A stretch of 64,000 nucleotides of DNA, taken from contig JABTUZ010000002.1 in NCBI GenBank assembly GCA_015075105.1, positions 784,313 to 848,312 on the forward strand, read 5' to 3'. Below the pieces are notes generated by a model that was given only the letters and a program-made list of their open reading frames with translations, was not told where the DNA came from and made no database searches. The stretch is from Leptospiraceae bacterium (GTDB lineage: Bacteria > Spirochaetota > Leptospiria > Leptospirales > Leptospiraceae). Both the position numbers and the translations under genes were made by a program. This document shows positions 50,320 to 61,627 of the stretch, piece after piece (the stretch's first letter is position 1; the number at the start of each line of letters is the position of its first letter).

Positions 50320-50796
50320 ATGAAGCTCTATAGAAAAAATGTGGGTATGGTCGTTTTCAATTCCAAGGGAGAAGTGTTGGCAGGAGAAAGAATTCAATTC
50401 AAAAATTCTTGGCAATTTCCACAAGGTGGTATTGATGAGTCTGAAAAACCTGAAGAAGCAGCAATACGAGAACTTTACGAAGAAGTTGGAATTGAAAACG
50501 GAAAAATTATTTTTGAATATCCAGATTGGATAAGCTACGATTTTCCTAAAGAACTCACTCTACACGCTTCCCTTAAAAAATATAGTGGTCAAATTCAAAA
50601 ATGGTATTTGATTTTTTGGGATGGAAAAATCTCTGAATGTAATTTGGAATTATTTGAAAGAGAATTTCTTTGTGTATGTTTTATGCCTTTTCAGAAATGC
50701 CTTGAAAAAATTGTATATTTCAAAAAACCAATATACGAGAAACTTTTACTACAATTTCAACCCAAAATAGACGACTTTCTAAATAGCAATAAATGA
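50320..50796 (+). CDS. NUDIX hydrolase (RNA pyrophosphohydrolase-like)
   Basis: Nudix box '[23 protein letters not shown]'; '[11 protein letters not shown]' N-terminus as in RppH. Confidence 0.8.
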   Translation: MKLYRKNVGMVVFNSKGEVLAGERIQFKNSWQFPQGGIDESEKPEEAAIRELYEEVGIENGKIIFEYPDWISYDFPKELTLHASLKKYSGQIQKWYLIFWDGKISECNLELFEREFLCVCFMPFQKCLEKIVYFKKPIYEKLLLQFQPKIDDFLNSNK

Positions 50797-51878
50797 ATTA
50801 TTTAAATCAAGAGCAAGTTCAATTCTTAGTAGATAAATCAGAGCTAATTCTACTCGAAGTAGATTTGAATTTTACAGTCATTAGTTTCAATCCATTTTTT
50901 GCAGAACTTTTCAATCTTTCTGAAGAGCATAATGTAAAGCTCAATCTATTCAACAATGTTTTTTCTAAACCAATTGACTTGTCTTTCATATCTTCTGTTT
51001 ACGATCCTATTCTAACCGGAAAAAAAAATGAGATTGATTTTTCTTCACAAGTACAAGGACAGAAAGAAAGTGTTCAGGTAGAGTGGAAGGTAAAGCGAGT
51101 TCAAGATCCAACAAGCAAAGAAATTGTGTTGTTTCATATCGGTAAAATAATTATAAATAGCGAGCTAAATCAAAATGCAATTCTTTTATTACAAAATGAA
51201 ATCCTAGAAAAAAATCATTCTCTAGGTTTAATTACAAAACAATCTGAAATATTGAGTAGAATTATACAACAGTATACTCCAAAAGCCATCTGGGAAAGAG
51301 CTATACTTTTTATGGAAACAAATGAATTGGATATTCCTAATGCAGTAATGGAGTTGACTTTTTTATTTTTAGATATTAAAGATTTTACTTCTTTTGCAGA
51401 AAAGCATAGCCCTGAAAGAGTCATACTTGCCTTGCACGATATTTTTTCTGTAGCGATGGAAATTATTGATCGGAATTCAGGCGACGTGGATAAATTTATC
51501 GGAGACGCTATTTTTTCCGTATTTGACAATCCTTTGAATGCTTGCAAGGCGGCATTAGAAATTCAAAAAGCAGTCGGTGAAATCAATGAATCCAGAATTA
51601 ATTTAAAAGAAGAGACTCTACATTTACGAGCAGGGATCAATTCAGGAAAAGCGATACGTGGAAATGTTGGCAACTCAAGAAGAAAAGACAACACTTTGAT
51701 AGGGGACTCTGTAAATGTAGCAAGTAGGTTAGAAAAACTTTGTGATCCGGATAAAGTTTTAATCAGCGAAAATACTTACCAACTTGTGAAAAATGACATA
51801 AAAATTACGTCCGGCGAAAAAGTGAATATTCGTGGAAGAGAGTCAGAGCTTACGGTTTACTATATCGAAGAGGCTTAA
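50793..51878 (+). CDS. class III adenylate/guanylate cyclase with N-terminal PAS-like sensor
   Basis: '[14 protein letters not shown]', '[11 protein letters not shown]', '[14 protein letters not shown]'. Confidence 0.8.
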   Translation: MNYLNQEQVQFLVDKSELILLEVDLNFTVISFNPFFAELFNLSEEHNVKLNLFNNVFSKPIDLSFISSVYDPILTGKKNEIDFSSQVQGQKESVQVEWKVKRVQDPTSKEIVLFHIGKIIINSELNQNAILLLQNEILEKNHSLGLITKQSEILSRIIQQYTPKAIWERAILFMETNELDIPNAVMELTFLFLDIKDFTSFAEKHSPERVILALHDIFSVAMEIIDRNSGDVDKFIGDAIFSVFDNPLNACKAALEIQKAVGEINESRINLKEETLHLRAGINSGKAIRGNVGNSRRKDNTLIGDSVNVASRLEKLCDPDKVLISENTYQLVKNDIKITSGEKVNIRGRESELTVYYIEEA

Positions 51879-51885
51879 AAAAAAG

Positions 51886-53022
51886 TTAATCTGCTTTTCT
51901 TCTTAAATAAGCCGGAATATCATAATCCTCAGTGTAACCGGTACTAATTCTTGGAGAGGACTTAATACTTCTCGATGAGTCAACCAAGTCAGAGTCATTC
52001 AAGCCTACTACTTTGGCTTGCACTGATTTTTGGATTTCTAAATCATCTTTCTTTATTGGTTTAATTTTCTTATTGAATCCGGTTGCAATTACTGTAACCC
52101 GAATTTTTTGATTTAAAGAAATATCTTCATTTAATCCAATGATTATATTTGCATTTTGATCTACTTGAGATGTAATGATTTGTGATACTTCGTTCCAATC
52201 ATGGATAGTCAAATCATTTCCGCCACTTACATTGATGAGTAATGAGCTTGCACCATTGATAGAGCTGTCTTCCAATAATGCGTTATTGATTGCGTGCTCT
52301 ACAGCTTCGCTGACACGATTTTCACCTATTCCTTCTCCTACTCCCATGATTGCATCACCCGTATCTTTCATTATAGTTTTCACATCAGCAAAATCTACAT
52401 TGATAATTCCCGGGTGATTGATAATGTCACTCAAGCCTTTTACTGCATTGAGCAAAATATCGTCTATAACTCGAAAAGCTAAATCAATCGGGCTATTTTT
52501 ATCTACTACTTTAAATATAGAATCGTTGCGAATTGTAATCAGTGTGTCCACATTTGCACGTAAGGCATTCAATCCAGAGTTCGCAAGCTCAGCTCTTCTT
52601 TTCCCTTCAAATGTAAAAGGCATAGTAACTACACCTACAACAAGGCATTTCAACTCTTTTGCAATTTCTGCAATGACGGGAGCTGCACCAGTTCCTGTGC
52701 CTCCACCCATTCCGGCAGTAACAAAAATCATATCAGCTCCTTTTAGAGCTTGAACAATTTTGTCTTTGTCTTCTGCTGCGGACTTACTGCCCAATTCAGG
52801 ATCCCCGCCTGCTCCCATCCCGCGAGTGACTTTGCTGCCAATTTGAACTTTATTTTCAACAATAGATTTTTTTAATACTTGTTCGTCTGTGTTGATTACT
52901 AAAAATTCTACTCCTTTTAAATTGGAGTTTGCCATTCTACTGACTGCATTCATTCCACCGCCACCTACACCTACCACTTTGATTACTGCGGGGCTTGTTT
53001 TCTCTTCTTCTAAATATAACAT
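51886..53022 (-). CDS. ftsZ: cell division protein FtsZ
   Basis: '[12 protein letters not shown]', tubulin signature '[13 protein letters not shown]'. Confidence 0.96.
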   Translation of the reverse strand: MLYLEEEKTSPAVIKVVGVGGGGMNAVSRMANSNLKGVEFLVINTDEQVLKKSIVENKVQIGSKVTRGMGAGGDPELGSKSAAEDKDKIVQALKGADMIFVTAGMGGGTGTGAAPVIAEIAKELKCLVVGVVTMPFTFEGKRRAELANSGLNALRANVDTLITIRNDSIFKVVDKNSPIDLAFRVIDDILLNAVKGLSDIINHPGIINVDFADVKTIMKDTGDAIMGVGEGIGENRVSEAVEHAINNALLEDSSINGASSLLINVSGGNDLTIHDWNEVSQIITSQVDQNANIIIGLNEDISLNQKIRVTVIATGFNKKIKPIKKDDLEIQKSVQAKVVGLNDSDLVDSSRSIKSSPRISTGYTEDYDIPAYLRRKAD

Positions 53023-53032
53023 CTGATTCCCT

Positions 53033-54268
53033 CTATAAATTATTTTCCATCCATCTACGGATTTTTTTTGTCCAACTTCCCTTCTCTGTGTACCCAGTGG
53101 AAATATTCTCTTCTGTATTTACTAACCTTGATGCGTATTTTATTAATCCTATTGCGGTAGAAAATTCTGGGGTAGATACTTTTTCGGTTAACCCGGACAA
53201 AGCTGCGGGTCTTGCCCTTCCCACAGACAATCCAAAAACGTCCTCTGCCAATTGCTCTATTCCAGGCAAAAGACTTCCCCCTCCGGTCAGAATAACCCCT
53301 CCTGCAAGCGATGATTTTTTTCCTGAACGAACAATTTCTGCATCGATGAGCTCTAAAATTTCTTTCATCCTTGGCTCAATAATTCTTACCAAATCTTGTC
53401 TAAGGATAGTTCGAGCCGGCCTTCCACTGATTGCAGGTATATCTATTTTTTCAGTAGGATCCATTTCGTCTGCAAGTGTGTGTCCAAATCTTTTCTTAAT
53501 TATTTCTGCTGCATCAATCGGTGTTTTCAATCCAATCGAAACATCGCTTGTAATATGGTAACCACCAAGCGGGATAATGGAAGAAAACGTAACTCCTCCG
53601 TCAATATAAATTATCAGATCACAAATCCCAGCTCCAATATCTATTACCGCAGTTCCAAGATCTTTTTCTCCAGATGTTAAAACTGTTTCAGATGAAGCAA
53701 GGCTTGACAAAACTCGATCCATTTCAGATAGACCTGCAGACTCTAAACAGCGATTCAAATTGTGGATAGTAGTGTTTCCAATAGTAACAATGTGTACTTC
53801 GGCTTCGAGTCTGACTCCTGTCATTCCAATCGGGTCTTTGATGTTTGTCTGATCATCCACTGCAAACTCTTTTGAAAGAACGTGAAGAATCTGCTGGTCT
53901 GCCGGAATTCTAATAGCTTGGGCTGCATCAATAACACGAATAACGTCTTGTTCGGAGACAGTTCTTTCTTTGTTTGTAATAGCCACAACCCCTTTTGAGT
54001 TGTCTGCTCGAATTGTTCTTCCGGTAACATTTACGATTACTTGGTTGATTTCTTGTCCACTCATTAACTCGGCGTCGCCTATCGCATCTACAATGGATTT
54101 TATTGTAGTGTCGATATTGATAATTCCACCATTCTTAATACCTGTTGAAGGAGATGTTCCGACTCCTATGATTTCAATTTCTTCATTACCCAAAGCTCTA
54201 CCCACTACAACTTTTGTCAGTGAAGAACCAAGATCTAAAGCTACAATGGAATTTGATAAATCGTTCAT
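53033..54268 (-). CDS. ftsA: cell division protein FtsA
   Basis: Actin-fold motifs 'VALDLGSS', 'IDIGAG', 'ILTGGGS'. Confidence 0.95.
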   Translation of the reverse strand: MNDLSNSIVALDLGSSLTKVVVGRALGNEEIEIIGVGTSPSTGIKNGGIINIDTTIKSIVDAIGDAELMSGQEINQVIVNVTGRTIRADNSKGVVAITNKERTVSEQDVIRVIDAAQAIRIPADQQILHVLSKEFAVDDQTNIKDPIGMTGVRLEAEVHIVTIGNTTIHNLNRCLESAGLSEMDRVLSSLASSETVLTSGEKDLGTAVIDIGAGICDLIIYIDGGVTFSSIIPLGGYHITSDVSIGLKTPIDAAEIIKKRFGHTLADEMDPTEKIDIPAISGRPARTILRQDLVRIIEPRMKEILELIDAEIVRSGKKSSLAGGVILTGGGSLLPGIEQLAEDVFGLSVGRARPAALSGLTEKVSTPEFSTAIGLIKYASRLVNTEENISTGYTEKGSWTKKIRRWMENNL

Positions 54269-54271
54269 AGT

Positions 54272-55021
54272 CTAATGGTAAACCGCATCCTCTCCACGAA
54301 GATCAAGAAAATTAACTTCCTTGTTTTGATTTTCAAAATACGCTAACGAAGCATAAAGTTTTCTGATTTGCTTTCGATCAAGGGTAGTACCGATTTGTAC
54401 TTTTATGGGTTTAGGATAATGAATATAAAAAAATATTTCTCCGTCTTTGTTTTTTAAAATTTCAGAAGTGCGATCATGAATAGAAGGGTAGGCTTCAAAA
54501 GAATCGGATATGGTAGTAATAAATTCACTGATTACAGAATTTTTAATTTTATCGTCTTGAAAAGAAATATCACCGGAAATAACAGGAATAGAAAATTCTC
54601 GAATATCGTTTGTTGACATTACATTGAATTCATCGTCTATTTCATGAAGATGATCTTTTGTGCGAATGATAAATTTAGCTCTTCTTTCAACAATGGAAAT
54701 CAGCAACTGGTCTTTAGATTTACGAGTGATGCTCACTGATTTAATTCTTGGATGTCCCTTTAATATTTTTTCTAAATTATTAATATCATAATTTTTAAAT
54801 GATACTCCAGGCTGAATTCCTAAAAAATTTATGATTTCTTGAGAACTTAGCTTATTGTGCCCCATTACTATCAACTTATTTGCTAAAGTTGGAATTTTCT
54901 GTCCTTCCGAAAAAAATAAACTAAATAGGAAGACGAAAACTGCAAGACTAATCGCAAATACATAAATCCTAATCCTTTTATTGAGGAATAGCTGTGAAAT
55001 GTCAATAATATTATGTCTCAT
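54272..55021 (-). CDS. ftsQ: cell division protein FtsQ-like (POTRA domain)
   Basis: N-terminal TM, POTRA-like region 'LIVMGHNKLSSQEIINFLGI'; position immediately upstream of ftsA. Confidence 0.7.
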   Translation of the reverse strand: MRHNIIDISQLFLNKRIRIYVFAISLAVFVFLFSLFFSEGQKIPTLANKLIVMGHNKLSSQEIINFLGIQPGVSFKNYDINNLEKILKGHPRIKSVSITRKSKDQLLISIVERRAKFIIRTKDHLHEIDDEFNVMSTNDIREFSIPVISGDISFQDDKIKNSVISEFITTISDSFEAYPSIHDRTSEILKNKDGEIFFYIHYPKPIKVQIGTTLDRKQIRKLYASLAYFENQNKEVNFLDLRGEDAVYH

Positions 55022-55102
55022 TATTGAAAACCTTTTAATTTTTTTAAAAAGCCCTATGATTCAGTTTCGGTGAATTCTGAAAAGTTCACAATCAATTTTA
55101 TG

Positions 55103-55228
55103 TCTATAAAATGCCCTTTTGTAGAAGATCTTCTCTAAAAAGGTACTTTAAAATACTGACAAATCGCCATTTTCCAGAAACGTGAAAAACTAATTATAGG
55201 GTTCTTGTCAGAGTATATTAAAAATATC
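55103..55228 (-). repeat. dispersed TIR element, copy E (reverse orientation, more diverged)
   Basis: Reverse complement reads GATATTT..CTCTGACAAGAACCC...TTTTTCACGTTTCTGGAAAATGGCG...CTACAAAAGGGCATTTTATAGA, with blocks in the same order as copy B. Confidence 0.55.
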
Positions 55229-55293
55229 TTGACTCTGCCTGTTTCATTGTTAAAGCTACTATATAGTCTTTAAAATCCGAAAGAAAGGTTAAA

Positions 55294-56094
55294 ATGAATA
55301 AAATCCTTTTTATATTAGTTATTAGTTTTTCTTTATTTCAGTTCAATTGCTCCACTACTGAAGAAGTTCAGCAGCCACAACAGCAAGTCACTCCACCTCC
55401 CCCGCCACCGGAAAAAACTCCTGAAGAATTAAAAGCTGCTGCTAAGACTCTTAGAACTGCACTAAAAAAAGGCAACTCTGAGTATTTTACAAATGTGAAG
55501 TTTGATGAATTAGAGCCTGCCTTAGCTTATACAGATTCCAAGGGAAAAAAAGTCATTCCAAAATTTGGTTTTAGAGGAATCTCTATACTAATTTCTGCTT
55601 TCAAAAACCAAGATGCACAGGTAAGAAAGGCGATCTATTTAGAGTTGGGGTTCTCTGACCTACCTGCTATCGAAGGTGGAACGATTGCAGATTCGATGGA
55701 AAAAGATGAAGAGTCTAAGTTGCAATTAGAAATTTTAAGAAATTCGCTCATTCTCCAAGCAGAAAGTGATCCGATAGCCCAAGGCGAATTCCAAGAGTTA
55801 TTGAAAAAATATTTTGTTTCTTCTTCGCCTCAAAAAACTTACAAGTCTATTTTGAAAATTGTGAATGATTCTAACGCTAATCCTGAAACCGCAAAATTTT
55901 TATTGCAACAATTAGAATTTACAGATGCCGGAGGACCTGTGGCGGTTTTTCCTGAATTTAAAAAAAGAAAAGCAAAATCAAAGAAATTTGCAAAACTCGC
56001 AGAAATAGTTCAAAATTCAGAAATCAAAGAGAGCTTAGAAAAATTATCAGAATTGTACAAAACTCCTCCAGATAACGCCGGAGAAACAAAATAG
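55294..56094 (+). CDS. hypothetical lipoprotein with Q/P-rich linker
   Basis: Lipobox 'LFQFNC'; 'QQPQQQVTPPPPPPEK'. Confidence 0.5.
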   Translation: MNKILFILVISFSLFQFNCSTTEEVQQPQQQVTPPPPPPEKTPEELKAAAKTLRTALKKGNSEYFTNVKFDELEPALAYTDSKGKKVIPKFGFRGISILISAFKNQDAQVRKAIYLELGFSDLPAIEGGTIADSMEKDEESKLQLEILRNSLILQAESDPIAQGEFQELLKKYFVSSSPQKTYKSILKIVNDSNANPETAKFLLQQLEFTDAGGPVAVFPEFKKRKAKSKKFAKLAEIVQNSEIKESLEKLSELYKTPPDNAGETK

Positions 56095-56095
56095 A

Positions 56096-57070
56096 CTATT
56101 GTCTATAATTTTTGTAAATTTTCCACATAGTTTCAAGTAGAGATTTTGAATCGCTCATAACTGGACTCCAATTTAAAAGCTCTTTTGCTTTTTTAGAAGA
56201 TGCAAGTAGTTTCACAGGGTCTCCTTTTCTTCTTCCGGAAATTTTATGAGGAATTTTTTTTCCTGTAATTTCTTCTGCCATAGATAAAATTTCTTTCACT
56301 GAATATCCACTTTCAGAGCCGAGGTTTACTGTAATTGAAGTGTTATTTTGTGAAATGTAGTCAAGACTTAAAATATGAGCATGGGCTAAGTCGGATACAT
56401 GAATATAATCTCGAATGCAAGTTCCGTCCATAGTATTATAATCATCTCCAAAAATCTCAAATTCTTTTTTCATTCCATTAGCTGTTTCCATGATAATAGG
56501 CAATAGATTTGCAGGAGTTTGCTCTAAGCCTTGAATTGCGCCATCGGGATCGTAACCGGCTGCGTTAAAATATCTCAATGCCGCATAACGTAAATTTTTT
56601 AGTTTATCATACCATTGTAAGTTTTCTTCTATACATAGTTTAGTATAACCGTAATAATTTTCTGGCTGCAATGGATGGTTCTCATCAATTGGAAGATATT
56701 TGGGTGCTCCGTAAACTGCAGCAGAAGAAGAAAATATAAAATACCTACAGCCATTTTTTACCATAGTAGTAATTAATTTTAGAGTGTTGTTTAAATTATT
56801 TAAGGAATATTTTTCAGGGTGAGTCATAGACTCACCTGCCGCTTTCCATGCTGCGAAGTGAAAAACAGCGTCTATATTTTTGTAGAAAATTTTTTTTAGT
56901 AATGTGTCGTCACCGACATCTCCAAGAATAAATTCATTTTGTGAAAATAAATTTTGGCGAGTACCTTTTTCAAGATTGTCTAAAACTATTATTTTGTGGT
57001 TTTTCTTATTCAGCTCATGTACGATATGACTGCCGATATAACCTGCGCCACCTGTAACAAGAATCCTCAA
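56096..57070 (-). CDS. galE: UDP-glucose 4-epimerase
   Basis: 'ILVTGGAGYIGSH', catalytic 'YGYTK'. Confidence 0.9.
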   Translation of the reverse strand: MRILVTGGAGYIGSHIVHELNKKNHKIIVLDNLEKGTRQNLFSQNEFILGDVGDDTLLKKIFYKNIDAVFHFAAWKAAGESMTHPEKYSLNNLNNTLKLITTMVKNGCRYFIFSSSAAVYGAPKYLPIDENHPLQPENYYGYTKLCIEENLQWYDKLKNLRYAALRYFNAAGYDPDGAIQGLEQTPANLLPIIMETANGMKKEFEIFGDDYNTMDGTCIRDYIHVSDLAHAHILSLDYISQNNTSITVNLGSESGYSVKEILSMAEEITGKKIPHKISGRRKGDPVKLLASSKKAKELLNWSPVMSDSKSLLETMWKIYKNYRQ

Positions 57071-57862
57071 TCATCCACCCACTTCTCTGTGTGCAGTAAC
57101 GCCTCTGTCGCTTTCTTCAAAAAATTTCACAATGCTTTTGGCTTCTGCACTTTTAAAATCAGCCTTTTGGATTTCGGCTAAAGCTTGAGAAGTGTTCAAC
57201 TTTGAATGATAGATTAGCTTATAGACTTTTTTTATTTCGTCGCGGATTTCAGGTTTAAACCCAGCTCTTTTCAACCCTACAGTATTTAGTCCGATAACCG
57301 AAGCAGGATTTCCATCGGCTGTACTGTATGGAGGTATATCTTTCACGAGTTTGGCACATCCCGCAATCATTGCATATTCACCAATACGAACAAACTGATG
57401 AACTGCAACTAAACCGGATAAAAATGCCTTTCTCATCACTTGCGAGTAACCCCCAACTACAGTTCCGGGGACTACAATGATTTCATCTGCAAATTGGCAA
57501 TCGTGACCGACATGAACTTGATTCATAAAAAAGTTTGAATCCCCTATTTTAGTAATTGCTCCTTCTTTAGAGCCTCGATGAAAGACGCAGTTTTCACGAA
57601 AAATATTATTGTCCCCGATTTCCAAATAAGACTTGGTTTCGGGTTTGAAGCTGGTGTCCTGCGGAATACCACCGAGTGCAGCTCCGTGAAAAATTCTGTT
57701 AAATTTTCCGATTTTTGTGCCAGAATAGATTCGGATAGAGCTTTCCAAAATACTGCCTTCTCCGATTTTAACGTCTTTCTCTATAACTGTATAGGGACCG
57801 ATTTCGACTGACTCGTGCAGTTCTGCACCCGGGTCAATTATTGCTGTAGGATGTATCTTCAT
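57071..57862 (-). CDS. lpxA: acyl-ACP--UDP-N-acetylglucosamine O-acyltransferase
   Basis: 'MKIHPTAIIDPGAELH', hexapeptide repeats, C-terminal helical domain. The ORF-track extension to 58051 was rejected. Confidence 0.9.
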   Translation of the reverse strand: MKIHPTAIIDPGAELHESVEIGPYTVIEKDVKIGEGSILESSIRIYSGTKIGKFNRIFHGAALGGIPQDTSFKPETKSYLEIGDNNIFRENCVFHRGSKEGAITKIGDSNFFMNQVHVGHDCQFADEIIVVPGTVVGGYSQVMRKAFLSGLVAVHQFVRIGEYAMIAGCAKLVKDIPPYSTADGNPASVIGLNTVGLKRAGFKPEIRDEIKKVYKLIYHSKLNTSQALAEIQKADFKSAEAKSIVKFFEESDRGVTAHREVGG

Positions 57863-57965
57863 AGAATATAGAAAATTTTGGGTGGTTGAAAATTCAAGTA
57901 TTTTGTAAAATAGGAAAATAAAAGAATTGTTTGCTATGGCAGAGGCTTTCAAAAATTCTACTTTT

Positions 57966-58538
57966 ATGAAAAATTTTTTCTTTCTTATCCTTGCTATTTC
58001 TCTATTTTGCAAACCTAATTCTGAAAAGAAAATCGAAAAAATCCTGTCCAACTCTACTATTACAGATGAATCTGCGTTAGTTTTGATTGCAAGAGAGGTC
58101 TGGGGAGAGGAGTTTAAAAGTGCAGAAACAGAAAGACTAAAAAATTCTAAGATTTTGATAAAAGTAGTTTCCGGTTACAAAACAGCTCTGACTTTTTATA
58201 GCCAAGAAGACTATGCCAAGAATACAATAACTCAAATCTCTATAAGAATTTTACAGATGCTTCAATCCGGAAAATCAAGAAATTTAGACTCACTTGTAGT
58301 TGTTTTCAGTAAACCTTTTTATATTAAAGGTACGGAAGAGATGCAGGATGAGTTTGAAATTTTTAGAGCTCGGGTGGATATGTCTGATATAAAAAATCCG
58401 GATGAAATATTTTCGATAAACTATTTTGATGAATTCGTAAAAGGCAAACCTTCTAAAAAAGCCATCCAAAACGCAGAGCAAATCCGTAAAATTTGGAAAG
58501 TAGAATTGAACGACTTTGGCAGAATAGAAGTTAAGTAA
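57966..58538 (+). CDS. hypothetical lipoprotein
   Basis: 'MKNFFFLILAISLFC' signal and lipobox from ATG 57966. Confidence 0.45.
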   Translation: MKNFFFLILAISLFCKPNSEKKIEKILSNSTITDESALVLIAREVWGEEFKSAETERLKNSKILIKVVSGYKTALTFYSQEDYAKNTITQISIRILQMLQSGKSRNLDSLVVVFSKPFYIKGTEEMQDEFEIFRARVDMSDIKNPDEIFSINYFDEFVKGKPSKKAIQNAEQIRKIWKVELNDFGRIEVK

Positions 58539-58557
58539 TTCTGAAAATTTTTAGTAT

Positions 58558-59736
58558 TTACCCACCATAAATTGCTTTCAAATCATTTGCTATATTTTTT
58601 TGCATAGCTTCATTTGTACCGCCACCTATAGATAAAAGAATTGCGTCTCTGTGCAGTCTCTCTACAGGATATTCCCTGCAATACCCATATCCGCCAAGAA
58701 CTTGGATAGCGTTACGAGAAACCCTCTCTCCCATTTGAGTAGCTACTAACTTCGCAGATGCAGCTCCAAGAGAATTTCTATTTTCAGGATGAATTTCTGA
58801 TGCCACTTGATAAACGAGTGCTCTTGCAGCAGAATAATCTGAGTATGACTCAGCTATGAGTCTTTGAACTTGTCCGAATTCGATTAGCTTTTTTTCAAAA
58901 GCCTCTCTATGCCGAATAGAGTATTCACACATAATATCTATGCTACGTTTTGCGATTCCGAGAGACTGAGCAGCGAGAGTGACTCTTTCAATTTCCAAAT
59001 TTCTCATCATGTGCCCGATTGCACCATTCTCTTCACCGACTAAATTTTCTTCGGGGACTTCCATATCCTCAAAAATTAATTGAGAAGTAGGAGATCCTCT
59101 CATTCCCATTTTCTCTTCTTTGTTCCCTACTTTAAAACCTTTGAAAGAAGACTCTACAATAAAAGAAGTAGTTCTTCTGGAAGTTTTAGATAGCTTGCAA
59201 TACACTAAAAATACTTTTCCTGTAGTCCCATTTGTGATGAATTGTTTTGTACCGTTTACAATATAATGCTTCCCTTTTTTTTCAGCCATAGTTGACATCC
59301 CGAGAACGTCAGTACCTGCTCCCGGCTCTGTCATACCCATTCCTGCAATCCATTCACCGGACAAAACTTTGTCTAAATATTTTGCTCTTTGTTTTTCATT
59401 TGAGCTATAATAAAAATTATTTACAAATAAAACTTCATGCGCTAAATACGATAAGGTAAATCCGGGATCGTACTTTGACATTTCTTCATGGATAATAACT
59501 GCTGCTACCGCATCTAAACCAAGTCCTCCGTCTTTTTCGGGAATTGTAATTCCAAAAAGCCCCAATTCAGATCCAAGTCTCTGAAAAACAGATACGTTAA
59601 ACCCTTCGGATTCATCAAAACTTTTTGCTTGAGAGTCTAACTCTCTTTTAGCAAATTTTGAAATATTCTCTCTAAGTTCTTTATGCGCTTCAGTTGGTTG
59701 AAAAAGTCCTATTTTTGATGATTCATTAGAATTCAT
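58558..59736 (-). CDS. acyl-CoA dehydrogenase (isovaleryl/short-chain type)
   Basis: 'GMTEPGAGTD', 'QVLGGYGY', catalytic Glu context 'IGGGTNE'. Confidence 0.9.
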   Translation of the reverse strand: MNSNESSKIGLFQPTEAHKELRENISKFAKRELDSQAKSFDESEGFNVSVFQRLGSELGLFGITIPEKDGGLGLDAVAAVIIHEEMSKYDPGFTLSYLAHEVLFVNNFYYSSNEKQRAKYLDKVLSGEWIAGMGMTEPGAGTDVLGMSTMAEKKGKHYIVNGTKQFITNGTTGKVFLVYCKLSKTSRRTTSFIVESSFKGFKVGNKEEKMGMRGSPTSQLIFEDMEVPEENLVGEENGAIGHMMRNLEIERVTLAAQSLGIAKRSIDIMCEYSIRHREAFEKKLIEFGQVQRLIAESYSDYSAARALVYQVASEIHPENRNSLGAASAKLVATQMGERVSRNAIQVLGGYGYCREYPVERLHRDAILLSIGGGTNEAMQKNIANDLKAIYGG

Positions 59737-59924
59737 GTAGTTTCCTTAGTTTATTTGTTTACTATCTATGTTATTTTCAAGGTCAATTATGAATGCCACT
59801 TGTAAAGTAAAAACTTTCATTTTATATTTAAACTGAGAATATTTTGTAAAAAAATAATTTCACCTTTTTAAAAAAGATTTACTTTGAAAGTGTTTGATTT
59901 GATAATTGCCACTTTGGGGGATAT

Positions 59925-60956
59925 ATGTTTCAAAAATTTATACTAAAATTTTTTAGCCTTTTTGTAATTATTTTATTTGTGGGGTGCTCTTCACAAATTG
60001 TAGAGAAACCTTTAAAAGAGTGCAAAAGAATTCATGGATCACCCGGCCCTGAAGATATAATTATTCACAGACCTTCAAAAAAACTATATATATCGAGTCA
60101 CAATAGAAGAAACTTTGAAGAAACAGGAAAAATATTTTTCATTGATTTGAATAAGGAATCGAAAGATTGGAAAACTCTCCCTATTGAAGGGAATTATCCA
60201 AAAAAATTCAGACCTCACGGAATCAGTTTAGTAGAGAAAGACGGGAAGTTAATCTTGTATGTAATCTCTCATGCAATGGAAGAAAACAAGAAGAATACGA
60301 TCGAAGTATTTGAAATTATCGGCGATAAAATAAAACATTTAAAAACCTATAGCGATCCAAGTCTGACTTCACCGAATGATTTGATTGCACTTCCTGACGG
60401 AAGAATTTTTGTATCTAATGATCACGGTACCGGCGGCAAGTTCAGGAATCTTTTTGATGACGCTTTTAAATTAAAGAGATCGAAGATTGCTTTCTTTGAC
60501 AACGAGAAATGGAATGATTTAGGAGAAGGCGTTGCATTTGGAAACGGAATTTATTATAGAGTAGAAGACGGGAAAGAAATAATTTACCGAGCCGTTTTTA
60601 TGTCCGGCACAATTTTAAAATATCAATTAGTTAAAACTGAAAAAAGTTATGACTTAAAAATGATTTCAGAAATTCATATTCAAAGCGGAGTGGATAATAT
60701 CGAACCGGATGAGAACGGAAATCTATATGTTGCAGCCCACCCATCTACATGGAAATTTTTACAACATGCAAAAAATAAAGAAAACTTTTCTCCCTCTGAA
60801 GTTTACAAGATTTCCAAGGATTTAAAATTTACAAAAATATACGCAAACTCAGGAAAAGAAATATCGGCTGCAAGCACAGCGATTCCTTTTGAGAATAAGC
60901 TAATCATCAGCCAAGTATTTGAAGACTTTCTTTTAGTTTGCGATCTGGATAATTGA
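59925..60956 (+). CDS. paraoxonase/arylesterase (PON)-like beta-propeller lipoprotein
   Basis: Lipobox 'LFVGCSS'; 'GPEDI', 'FRPHGISL', 'SPNDL', 'VSNDHG' mirror PON-family blocks. Confidence 0.6.
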   Translation: MFQKFILKFFSLFVIILFVGCSSQIVEKPLKECKRIHGSPGPEDIIIHRPSKKLYISSHNRRNFEETGKIFFIDLNKESKDWKTLPIEGNYPKKFRPHGISLVEKDGKLILYVISHAMEENKKNTIEVFEIIGDKIKHLKTYSDPSLTSPNDLIALPDGRIFVSNDHGTGGKFRNLFDDAFKLKRSKIAFFDNEKWNDLGEGVAFGNGIYYRVEDGKEIIYRAVFMSGTILKYQLVKTEKSYDLKMISEIHIQSGVDNIEPDENGNLYVAAHPSTWKFLQHAKNKENFSPSEVYKISKDLKFTKIYANSGKEISAASTAIPFENKLIISQVFEDFLLVCDLDN

Positions 60957-60957
60957 A

Positions 60958-61566
60958 ATGTCAATACTGAAACAAAATCTACCTGTTCAAATTGTGCCTA
61001 TCGAAGATAATGAAGAAGGATTAAAATATCAAGGTATTCTAGAAAATTTAGAAGCTCAATATATTCAGATCAAGATGGGAGAAGATTTTTTTAGGTTTAA
61101 TTCATCTGATAGTATTCAAGTTGAATTTACAATGGGGAATTATAATTTTCGATTTGATTCACAGGTTCTTATGAAAGCCAATCCGATCATACAAGTAAAA
61201 AAACCAAGTACAATCCATAAAAAACAAATACGAAAATCTCACAGACTAAAAACAGATCAAAGGATTTCTTTTACGATGTGGACAGAGGGTGGACGTTATG
61301 AAGCTACCATGACCGATTTGAGTACAGTTGGAATAAAAATGATCTCTGAAAAGCAATTACAAAAAAATACCTTGATTAGTTTGAATGTTTTTTTTCCGGG
61401 AGAGTCTTTGCGTTTTATTTGTCAAGGGCTTGTAATGTGGTGTCGCACAACCCAAGAAAGCGATTTGTTTTTTGAATCTGGAGTGAAATTTACAACTCTA
61501 TCTATAGAGACCATGAAAAAGGTAGATAGGTATATCAAGGAAAAAATACATTTGAATAAATCGTAA
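60958..61566 (+). CDS. PilZ-domain c-di-GMP-binding protein
   Basis: 'RKSHR' (RxxxR) followed by 'DLSTVG' (DxSxxG). Confidence 0.75.
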   Translation: MSILKQNLPVQIVPIEDNEEGLKYQGILENLEAQYIQIKMGEDFFRFNSSDSIQVEFTMGNYNFRFDSQVLMKANPIIQVKKPSTIHKKQIRKSHRLKTDQRISFTMWTEGGRYEATMTDLSTVGIKMISEKQLQKNTLISLNVFFPGESLRFICQGLVMWCRTTQESDLFFESGVKFTTLSIETMKKVDRYIKEKIHLNKS

Positions 61567-61627
61567 CCATAAGTTTTTCCAATCTAAAAAAAATTGTTGT
61601 ATAGATAGTGCTAAAACTTAGACAAGT

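Noticed and set aside
52995-53561. 188-aa plus-strand ORF, and similar long antisense ORFs within ftsZ/ftsA (52175-52753, 53396-53680, 53970-54275)
   Set aside because: They are shadow ORFs opposite strongly supported ftsZ and ftsA coding frames.
57863-58051. 63-codon N-terminal extension of lpxA
   Set aside because: LpxA proteins start at the 'MKIHPTAIIDP' hexapeptide region. The extension also overlaps the divergent lipoprotein gene and its promoter.
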